From: Microthyrium microscopicum
Taxonomy: Eukaryota
Length of the DNA stretch: 64,000 nucleotides
Assembly (NCBI GenBank): GCA_010405405.1
Contig: MU004241.1
Coordinates: 917,373-981,372, forward strand
Reading direction: 5' to 3'
The translations under genes were made by a program, and so were the position numbers. The notes under the pieces are model-generated. The model saw nothing but the letters and a program-made list of their open reading frames with translations, had not been told where the DNA came from and ran no database searches. This document shows positions 36,365-46,095 of the stretch, piece by piece (the first letter of the stretch is position 1; each line of letters starts with the position of its first letter).

Positions 36365-37448
36365 CTAGTTCAAGCTAATGCAAACCTTTCCAATGTGTTT
36401 TCCAGCGGCAACGTACTTGAAGGCTGCCACAATATCTTCCCGATGGTAGCCAAAAGTCTTGTCAACAGGCATTGAGAGGTTGTGCTTGCCAATGAAACGA
36501 ACTAATTCCTCTAGTTGTTGCTTCGAGCCAGCCCGAATTCCACGAAGCATGACAGCCTTGATTAACGCTGGCATCAACATGTCTGGCTGGCTCTTTCCTT
36601 CGTTGGAGAGAAAGCCGATCAATGATATAATGCCCGACTCCTTTACGCATTCGAGGCTCTGTTCAACTGTCCCGAGACCACCGTTCTCAATGACGTGATC
36701 GACACCTCGCCCGTCCGTGATGCGGAGCACCTCAGCGGCCCAGTCAGGATGGGTTTTATAGTTGATTGTGTAGTCTGCACCCAGGGATTTCGCGTATTCG
36801 AGCTTTTCGTCGCTGGATGATGTGATGATAGTTTTTGCTCCTGCCGCTTTGGCGACCACAAGTCCGGTAATTGATACACCGCCGGTCCCTGTTAACTCTT
36901 AGCCACTACCTGGTACTTCTCAATTCTCGCGGTCTCTTACCTTGGAGGAGAATGGTGTCTCCCGGCTTCAACGGTGTGTTTCCATAATACGCATTCCAAA
37001 TGGTCGATCCAGTTCCAACCACTGAAGCCCACTGATTGAAGTTGATGTTGGATTTCGGTACCTTGACCAGGATGTGTGCCGGCAGCACAACATATTCTCG
37101 CAACATGCCATCTGCAACACTTCCGTAGGCATCAACCCCTTCTTTGAACGGACCATAGAGATAGTCAGCAGTGACGGGTGGAATGACCCAGTCGCCAACA
37201 GAAAATCCATCGACATGTTCGCCAACTTCCAAAATCTCACCGGCCATATCGGAGGTAGGGATAACTTGATCTTTTGTTGGAAGTGGGTAGGTGGAGTTCG
37301 CAATTGCAATGTCCCTGTAGTTCAAGGCGACGCTACGGATCTTGATGAGAACTTCGTACTGTCCAGCTTTGGGTATGGGCTCGTTGAAGGCTTGAATTCC
37401 GTCAATGCCATCCTTAAGTGTGATACGGAACACGGTTTGAGTAGACAT
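36365..37448 (-). CDS. Medium-chain dehydrogenase/reductase (zinc-type ADH-like / NADPH:quinone oxidoreductase family)
   Basis: EVLIKIRSVALNYRD, PTSDMAGEI, LLQG/TGGVS across intron ~36890-36940, ITSSSDEKL, LGADYTINY, GRGVDHVIENGG, GKHIGKVCI. Confidence 0.92.
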
Positions 37449-37745
37449 GATCGTAAGGATATGCAAGGAATGTATCAATAGCTCTTGCTCAATGTGTTGG
37501 AAAGTGGAGAATGTGTCGCTCTCGAAGCTGATGGCAAAAGATAGAGTTGGAGAGGTCGATTTATATACCTCTTTCCTTCGCTATTCATTCTGCGATTTAC
37601 ACGGCTAGTGTAGATTTTCTTCACGTCGATTGCTAATGATCGAAGTTTAGGTAGTCAGGGTGCATATTTCTTGATTGATAATCAACATGTCGAAGTCTAC
37701 TAACTCATTAATGAGTGAGTAGCCTTAATTCGTTATCTGGAAGCG

Positions 37746-37792
37746 TTGGGGTAGAATGAAAAAGTTGGGGTAGAAAAGCAATTGGGGTAGAA
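37746..37792. promoter_or_regulatory. Three direct copies of TTGGGGTAGAA (Adr1-type TTGGRG sites) ~300 bp upstream of the MDR gene
   Basis: Copies start at 37746, 37765 and 37782; a TATA box (TATATAAA on minus strand) is at ~37560-37567. Confidence 0.6.
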
Positions 37793-37812
37793 ATTAGTCG
37801 TCGGTATGGAAC

Positions 37813-38025
37813 CAAGGGGTCGACAAAATAAATGGCGCGCTCCCAACGAATGCGATGGCTCCTATACAAGACGATCCGCTATTAAGTGCTTTATTTGCCA
37901 TAGAGCGCGATCACACTTCGATTATTTATGAAATACGATAGGAAATATAACACGTTTGAATTAACAACGTTCGTGGGAGCCATCGACGCTGATGGGAGAA
38001 CGCCAGTTATTTTGTTCATCGGTTG
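37813..38025. mobile_element. MITE family A, copy 3
   Basis: GGAAC|CAAGGGGTCGACAAAATAAATGGCGCGCTCCCAAC ... GATGGGAGAACGCCAGTTATTTTGTTCATCGGTTG|GGAAC; 5-bp TSD. Confidence 0.8.
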
Positions 38026-38823
38026 GGAACATTACCCCAGGCCTAGGACTACCAAACAAAGTTACAAGGCACATCATGGCTAAGTTGGATGATGGACTTG
38101 TAAGAAGTTGCTAGAAGAGATGTCGATCGTTCTGGTGAGTCGTTCTTCTGGTCTTTGAGAACAAATCCTCCCATGCATTCTTGTCAGAGCCTGTAATTCC
38201 TTCTCTTCCTTCGGTAATACGAAAGTCAGAGAACAGGTAGTTACAGAAAGGGATGGATCTGCTAATGAGATACGCGATAGATGCATAGTATTGAGCGCAG
38301 AGGGAGTCTCTCATGGCCGACTTCTTCAGTTTTATACTTGACCGAAATGTTGACACTGCACATTTGAACAAGACTGAGCTAGATCTATATCAAGTTTGTC
38401 CAGCGATTGATGACTACTGGTGTCGGCTTCCTTTAACCACAAGTAAAGCCATACGGCTCAGCCAACTAATAGGTCTCAAGCAACGCGGATATGATAACGA
38501 CTACTTGCCCACATATGGCAACAATGCCTTTGTTTCATGGCGCATACCAGATTTGAATGTCTTTTCTGTTGACCTAGGTAGATATCAGGCTGGCCTACTC
38601 GAAATTATCACATCCATGAAGCAAGAGGTGGAATATTTGAGGTGAATTTCAGTGAAAGTTCACATTTCACCTTGCGATAAGTGACATTCAATTCAATCCC
38701 TCAAAGCATATCTCGCGTTGTTTTCTGTCCACGAACTTACCACGCTCAAACCACCAAAGCTACCAAACTACCCAAACAATACAGAACCCGAAAAACAACT
38801 CTAACTACCTTAATAAACCAATC

Positions 38824-39501
38824 ATGTGTGAAAAATGCCTCATCGGGATGAGCTTTTGCGTGTTCGCGCCAGTTGCTGAACGACAAACTCCGAAGGACAC
38901 CAATACCGACCGCTGTTCTTTCAATAGGTCTGACAGCAGCTCTGACAGCATCGATAGCGATGATGGCTATGACAGCGACGATTTCCTTCCGGAGCCACTC
39001 TCTCGAGCTGTCATAGGATGGACTAAATGGCCAGAGAACTATACATTAGCTCAACCACCAAGCGGCAAAGCACCACCTTCGCCACCTCTTTCCCCAAAAT
39101 CAAAGCCTGCCTTCATGGTGCAAGAATTCAATCCGGACCTGTCGAAGCTTGCTTTATCAGCCCCCGAAGACCAGATATCCGCTGATATCACTCCTGTTCC
39201 CTTCGAGTCGTGTCCTGAGACTCGCCGCGAAGATAAATCAACGGCAAGCGAGAAGCGGGAACCCTATTCATGGCTTCCAGCTGCATTGGCGGGCTTGACA
39301 AAACGCATCGACGCTACAAAGCGCTTCCTATCCAAATATAATCAGCAGAAGAAACTGAAGGCCACGGCGCGAGCGAACCTCAAAAAGGCCAAACAGATTG
39401 AGAAGCAAGCGAACGAAGATCGAAAGTCGGAGGATATACTGAGAAAGGGTCTGCGGGATCATGAACAAGAAGATGAGGCGTGCATCTCTTTCTTACCTTA
39501 A
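38824..39501 (+). CDS. Hypothetical protein (Cys-containing N-terminus, acidic/Pro-rich middle, basic coiled-coil tail)
   Basis: 225-aa ORF with ATCATG context after a C/A-rich 5' UTR; no family recognised. Confidence 0.6.
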   Translation: MCEKCLIGMSFCVFAPVAERQTPKDTNTDRCSFNRSDSSSDSIDSDDGYDSDDFLPEPLSRAVIGWTKWPENYTLAQPPSGKAPPSPPLSPKSKPAFMVQEFNPDLSKLALSAPEDQISADITPVPFESCPETRREDKSTASEKREPYSWLPAALAGLTKRIDATKRFLSKYNQQKKLKATARANLKKAKQIEKQANEDRKSEDILRKGLRDHEQEDEACISFLP

Positions 39502-39753
39502 GAACAACGGCGAGTACACTGCTTATTGCGACTCAAAGTGGACAATCAAGAAGGAGCTCAATGTTGACCACACGATTGTGAAAATCGGCTCTGAAGCGTT
39601 GTTTATTTACAAAGAATAAAAAGTAATGCCCGAAAATGGCTGGCCATCCGATCTCAGGGGTATTGAATGACCCATACCTCGTTTCTCATTAATGTATAAC
39701 GCCTTGAAATGATGATGTAATTTCGCAAGACAATTTTTCGAACAAGTTCATAT

Positions 39754-40540
39754 TCATGTTGGAAGTTGTGGAAGAGGTTTCTCTCTGTGTGCTGCTGATG
39801 ATCCAGCATTTAGCGTTTGATTGCTTGGTTGTTCAACCATCAGGCCGTCTACTCTGGATTGGTTATGACTTGAGCTGGGATATTGAACGAAAGGGCTTGC
39901 ATTGGCGTTGTAATTTCGAGGACTTAGAACTGGCGGTGTTAGGCCAGGTGGTTCATCGGTCTTTGGAAGTTGTCTGGTTTTCGCCTTTTCGATTATCAAA
40001 TCCACCACGGTTCCGTGCGACTCCTTCAGTTGCTTCTTCACAAACGGCGCTGTGAGAAAATTACATCTCAAATCTACTTCCTCCTTCAAATAAAGACCCT
40101 GTTGCGGAGCGCCCACACCCAGTTCAACTGGCTGCCAGGGCTCTCCAGGACGATTTCCACCCAGTGTCCATCGAGATTTTATCTCTACTCCCATCGGTGC
40201 GTGAACATGAGTTTGCAGTCCATCTGATAAGTCGTTGAAGCATCCGTAGAATGTTAATTCGCCAGTATAAAGACCTCCAGGAAGATAGCTGATTTTGTCT
40301 GTAATGGCATACCAGATAGCCTCGACTTCGTCATCCTCAGCACAAGCAGGTGCTACGTCCAGCTTTTCGCGTCGTATGACAAGCGGATTCAGATCTATCA
40401 TTTCGCCATGGTCGTGTAATGTGTCCAGCACGACTTCTATGTATTCTCAGCTTACGACTCTATAAATATCCTCATTACTTACCGTGTGATATGTCTGTCG
40501 GGAGTGGTGTGACCGTTGCAAATACTGTACGTGTTGACAT
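39754..40540 (-). CDS. Conserved fungal protein of unknown function (DUF7053-like)
   Basis: MSTRTVFATVTPLP/..LHDHGEMIDLNPLV...WYAITDKISYLPG...GLQTHVHAPMGV...WTLGG...LYLKEEVDLRCN...FVKKQLKESH; one 5' intron. Confidence 0.75.
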
Positions 40541-40873
40541 GGTGCTGATCCGGAGTTTTATGATAAAGAAAAGGACAAACTTGATTATTGAAAGCTACCC
40601 TGGCCAAATATTATATTTGTAGTAGGAGAGATCTCGGGATAAGCGGATTAGGCACAACGCATCAGTCAGCAGCCCCTGCAGCTACGGTTGGCCCATTCAG
40701 CTTCTCGTACTGCCGGATAGACTTGAAGGTTGCGACCCTCATCGTCTCAGACTGTTTTTCTCTCTCCTTAACAGCGCGTATAAGAGTCATAACTCATAAC
40801 AATGCGACTCTTGATGTATCCTAGCAGTACTTCTTCGTATATCCTATAATACTTCTTCTTAGATCATACAATT

Positions 40874-41086
40874 CAACTGAAGGACAAAATAACTGGCGTG
40901 CCCCCATCGACTTCTATGGCTCCCATCTGCTACGCTTTGTTATCGAGTGTTTAAATTCGCAAGGACTACGTTTATTCCACCACTATCAATCGATTATGAT
41001 AGGAATGGTAGTATTTGCTGTTTGGAAGCGTTGGCGGGAGCCATTGAAGTTGATTTGAGCACGCCAGTTAATTTGTCCACCAGTTG
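40874..41086. mobile_element. MITE family A, copy 4
   Basis: ACAATT|CAACTGAAGGACAAAATAACTGGCGTGCCCCCATCGACTTC ... GAAGTTGATTTGAGCACGCCAGTTAATTTGTCCACCAGTTG|ACAATT; 6-bp flanking repeat. Confidence 0.82.
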
Positions 41087-41212
41087 ACAATTCTTCTTTC
41101 CATATCTTGCTCAAAGTAAGCGACAGAATTTTGACGTATTATATTGAAGTCAAATTGAACAGATTGTTGCTAACAGTAAAGTCCCGGCTTCTTAAATGTG
41201 ATTATCAGCATC

Positions 41213-42052
41213 TCAATTCCTACGAACCCCTTTCTTGATCATTACAAGCAGTGGAGAACGATAAAGCCAGACAGAAGACAAGCCCCCTAGAGCCCCTATA
41301 ACCAGTAACAATATTTTTCGATTGATCTCTCTCCTCACATCTGCCAAAATTGGCGCCCAATTGGCCTGAAACTCATCCGTATCATTGAGGCGAGGATACG
41401 CCTCGTTTGGGACATCTTTACCCAAAAAGTCGCATAATGGACCCCATCCCATTTTCACATCGTATTCAAGAAGTGGTCTGCCTTGCGCCTCACATGCAGC
41501 AATAACAGCCGCATTGTGCTCCCGATATCTCTGTTTCCCTGTCTCCGGAAAGTCCAATCCATGCCCATGCGCTGCTTGAATGCCGGTGAATTCGTTCAGT
41601 GGTGTTTTGGGCAAGAAGTACTGGAATAACCATCCGTACGGGTTCCAAGTTGGCTTATACCAGTCTCTGTTGAGAGGCCAAATATTCGCCATGTGGCTCT
41701 TATACCAGGCATCGATATCTCGGGTTTGTAGTATGACTTGGGCATCTGGATAGGCAGCGAGCAATTCAGGCCAGAAGAATACGGAGGGACTGTCTGTTAT
41801 GACTTCGTAGTTGCTGTATATGCGATCGAAATCCTCCTTTGGAATTGGCTTTTGCAGCTCGTGTTTGGACTTGAAGGCGTCGACCCATAAAGCTGAGTGC
41901 GATGGCTCTTCAATAGATGGCACACGGTAATGATAAATACCATGATATCCAAGCTTTTCGAATGCTGCTCGGAGTGACATTGTCCCCGTACGCGAAAGTC
42001 CAAGGCATAACACTTTGACACGCCTGCTTGTCCGACCTTCATTCGTTGACAT
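41213..42052 (-). CDS. P-loop sulfotransferase-family protein (Sulfotransfer_4-like) with C-terminal membrane anchor
   Basis: KVLCLGLSRTGTMSLRAAFEKLGY, TDSPS..FWPELLAAYPDAQVIL.TRD.DAWYKS, LLEYDVKMGWGPLCDFLGKDVPNEAYPRLND; hydrophobic tail. Confidence 0.85.
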   Translation of the reverse strand: MSTNEGRTSRRVKVLCLGLSRTGTMSLRAAFEKLGYHGIYHYRVPSIEEPSHSALWVDAFKSKHELQKPIPKEDFDRIYSNYEVITDSPSVFFWPELLAAYPDAQVILQTRDIDAWYKSHMANIWPLNRDWYKPTWNPYGWLFQYFLPKTPLNEFTGIQAAHGHGLDFPETGKQRYREHNAAVIAACEAQGRPLLEYDVKMGWGPLCDFLGKDVPNEAYPRLNDTDEFQANWAPILADVRREINRKILLLVIGALGGLSSVWLYRSPLLVMIKKGVRRN

Positions 42053-42597
42053 TTCTAAGACTCACTTTCAGGTAAGCAAAATAACTGTACTAGGTTTCTT
42101 TGTATCGCCAAACTTGTAGAGAAGATTTCGAAGACGAAGGTTTCACTTGGCCGGATACCTTTTTATATGGTCTGCCCCGGGTTTATCATGGACTAGTGCT
42201 TACGCCAGAGTCAACCTCGATTTATATCCACGAATGTCTGGGCATCATACTCGATCTTAGTCAAGGATATAGTATTGCTAGATCTAATCATTAAATCTAT
42301 ATCAACGTAAGCGATGCGGCTCCTCCCGCATTATTTTTTATACATACATCTTAAGTACGTAGAGCATTTGAGCAACGTGATAATGGAAAGGCTCCATTTT
42401 CGCCATGGATCTAGCTTATAGATAAGAAAGGCATCTACTTCGGACCTTGTCTTTATTGTTGGAAACGCGCAATTTCAACAGCTATAGATCTCATTGAACT
42501 ATAAACGCACACTAATTACACTTTTCCAAGTATCGCACAGTACTTATAACTCTCCAGCTCAACAACATAACGATTCTTTCAAAGTTCTAGAGATAAT

Positions 42598-44325
42598 CTA
42601 GTTCTCATCATCATCGTCATCACCGTCGTTCTCCTGTAAACACACCATTAGTCACTGATACCATTTCATTGCTGTTATAAAACTCACCCATGGCTTTCCA
42701 CCGAATGGTCCGAATGGGCGGGGCCCCTTTGGTCCCTTGGGGAATCCCTTTGGAGGGCCCTTAGGAGCTGGTGGGCCAGCTGGCTTAGGTGCGTGTGGGG
42801 CGGGCTAGAATCCGTTAGTATATATTTACTAGCAAAGCTGCTTTGCCTTGAAAAGATCATTTGTGTTTTCATTGGGAAATCTCTCACCTTAGGGGCAGCA
42901 GCGGGCGCAACTGGCTTAGGAGCGGCGGGAGCAACTGGCTTAGGGGCGGCGGCGGGAGCAACTGGTTTAGGAGCGGCAGCGGGAACAACTGGTTTGGGAG
43001 CGGCAGTGGGAGTAACTGGTTTGGGAGCGGCGGCGGGAGCAATTGGCTTAGGTGCGGCAGCGGGAGCGGGTGCGATGGGCTTTGGTGCGGCAGCGGGGGG
43101 AGAGCCTGGGCCCGAGACCTTTGGTGAGGCAACTGGGACAGCTGATCGGTTGTTAGTATTGTATACGACGGTGGTTTGCGAAAGCTTGGGGGATAGCAGG
43201 TCGTGGAATTTAAGCTTGCACTCATCGTGCCAGTGAGAGCACGAGGCGCTATCACGATAGACGATAACCTTGCGATATAATTGCAATAAAGAGCTTTCTC
43301 GGAAGAAACTAGACATACCTGGCTTAGGAGCAGCGACAGGAGCAACTGGCTTAGGAGCAGCGGCGGGAGCGACTGGCTTAGGAGCAGCAACGGGGGCGTG
43401 AGCTGGAGCAGCGGCGGGAGCAACTGGCTTAGGAGCAGCAACAGGGGCGTGAGCTGGAGCAGCGGCGGGAGCAACTGGCTTAGGAGCAGCAACAGGGGCG
43501 TGAGCTGGAGCAGCGGCGGGAGCAACTGGTTTTGGCGCAGCAACAGGGGCGTGGTCGTGAGCTGGAGCAGCTGGCTTAGGAGCAGCGGCGGGTGCAACTG
43601 GCTTTGGTGCAGCAACAGGGGCGTGAGCTGGAGCAGCTGGTGCCGCTGTGACTGTCAGTACATGATATATATCAATATCAAGTTGTGCTTACCTGGCTTT
43701 GGTGGTGGGACAGCGGCGGGAGCCTTGGCAGGTGCTGGTGCTGGGGTCACTGCTGTATATCAGTACAGAACAAAATCAATGGAATCATTTTCTGCTCGAA
43801 TTGAACTAACCTGGCTTAGGAGCAATGTGGGCTGGGGCGGCAGCAGGGGATGGGTGCGCTGTTACGTATGAGTAAGATTTTAACCATTGGTAGAAGCTCT
43901 CATATCGAGCGGCACTTACCATGAGGAGCGATTGGTGCCGGTGCCTTTGCTGGGGGAGCAGCGGCAGGGACAACTAAGCCATTGTTAGTTTAGATTCTGG
44001 ATATACGCGAAGTTCGTCCCAGTTGAATGAATCAACAGATAGACGTGGTTGAGACATCTCCGTACAACGTTCGTGTTGATTTGTCCGCGACGTCTCGAAT
44101 CAGATCCCGGGACGACTTTTGGAAACACTAACCTGGCTTAGGAGCTACTGCTGATGGAGTAGCTGGTTTAGGAAGCACAGCAACCGGAAGCTTTGGTGTA
44201 GCAGTTGAAGCAACTGGTGCCTTAGCCGGGGTAGCGTGAGCAGTAGCGTTGAATCCAGCTGGAGGAGGGACAGCCTGAACGGCGGTGAAGAGGAGGCCAG
44301 CGGCCAAGCTGAGGATGAGCTTCAT
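42598..44325 (-). CDS. Secreted Pro/Ala/Lys-rich repeat protein (APKPVAPAA), ~8 exons, acidic C-terminus
   Basis: Signal peptide MKLILSLAAGLLFTAVQA; APKPVAPAAAPAHAPVA repeats over several exons with GT-AG introns; last exons ..PKGPPKGFPKGPKGPRPFGPFGGKPW/ENDGDDDDEN*. Confidence 0.75.
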
Positions 44326-46095
44326 GATGAAGAAAGAGTCTAAAACGAGTGACTTTGGTTAAATGAATGTGGTGGTGTAGTTGGATCGCTTGAAGAAACA
44401 AAGATGGAACAGGATCGACCAGATACTTATACAATGAATCGAATATACTCGCTAGTATTCACTGACGAGCCGTGCAATGTGGGCCATGTGGGTGACAATG
44501 AAATTGCTACGTGTGTGGAACATTTTAGCCTTGTATCCGGGGTATGAGCTTAAATTGACTGCTGTCACGTTGCCATCGCTTGGCTGATGAAAGGTGACAT
44601 GGCTATACCTAGTGCGAAGAAGGATTCATAAAACATAACGAGCAATCTGCAACGGGGGTATCAATATCTACCCGTGGCTGTTCCGCCAATGGTCTCGCAT
44701 TGTTAGGCCGTTATAGTTGATATATCTCATATAAAAGAAGATTAGGTCGTTATGCAAGCCTAACCTGCACTATATGCTATAGAAGGGATAACGTGTTATA
44801 CTAAATTCTTACCAGGATGTCTAGTGCATGGCGAGTTCAACACGCTTCTATGGCATCATACCTCTGTCCAAAATCATTGAGAATATAGAGGATTTTGGAA
44901 AACCACTGTGGATCAGTGCCGCAGAGCCATCCGAATAGCGAGATTTGAGGTGGCCCATCATTATTTGGTAGTGTCAGGGATAACCTCGAGAGTTTGTTGA
45001 ATATCAGTGGGAACGGTAGACATGCTGGACGATTTGCACCAGATCATTCGAGGTTGGTCGGTGTGCATTCAGATTATGCAAATCACGTCAAGAGAGTCTA
45101 ATACTGTGTTAGAAATGGTTTGATAGTATGATTGGTGAACAGGCTTCGAGAACACCAGGTTGTCTCGAGAAGGACTGGCCGTCTGGAAGCAAGTAATGAC
45201 AAACAAAGTGGAGCTTACGCAGCACTGATCGGTTGACCGCTCGTGTCATTAAGAGACAAGAAGAAGACACTATGATGACCGAATGCAGAATAAGAGAGTG
45301 GGCTATATATTTTATGAATATCAATCAAAAGAGACGACGGGAGAGGCATTGACGGGCAGAATTTGGGTGAAATTGCCCTGACCGGCGTGGCACGAGCCGG
45401 CAACGGTTAGACCTGAAGCCTCGCACGGTATAACAGACCGAGATGGTGAATAAAATGATCAACCACTATAGGAATAAATATCGATCCTGGAAGTTGGTAG
45501 TCGTTGAAGGAATATCTGGAATAGTGAGCATCAAAGCTGTGGAGTATGGAGTAGGAAAGGAGTAGTTAGATCAAGGTTCTGCCGCGGCTGCTGCTGGCCA
45601 ATTAGATTACAGGCTGGCACATCGGGATCCGCAACCTGCCAACACTTGCCGACGCCAAATGCGGCTCGGCCTAACTTCCTTGGTGCCGAATATCCAATGC
45701 CTCGACTCTAGATTAGCGGCTCTGGTCAGACCCTGTCCAATACATCTTTCAAAGCCACATCTCTAACTTGTTTCCATTGACCAGACCTTCTCTAGAGGGC
45801 CTTCGATCCGCGCATCACGTTCCAGCAATCAGGGTTTCCCCACTAGTTCACCATCAACTGGGGTGAGCTTTGGCTTGCTCAAGCTCTCAGATTCACTTTG
45901 CTATCGGTGAGACTGCGGTTTCTAATTCCATCCCTTGCGCTGCTCAGTCAAGCGCAATATCTCCTTAAAGTCATTCAATATACGATGCAATAGCACCCAC
46001 GCATCTGGAGTACCTGTGGTGCATCCCCGCGCACGTTGTAGTTTTCCCCAGGGTCCGTTTGGGCGAGTCACGATATCTACCGCTGACGAGGCTTC

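Noticed and set aside
38076..38645. 110-aa ORF 38313-38645 with possible upstream exons
   Set aside because: Could not build a stop-free spliced model or recognise a family; may be a gene fragment.
42793..43871. Gly/Ser/Trp- and Leu/Gln-rich ORFs over the APKPV gene
   Set aside because: Alternative frames of the same repeat; splice sites support the minus-strand Pro/Ala frame.
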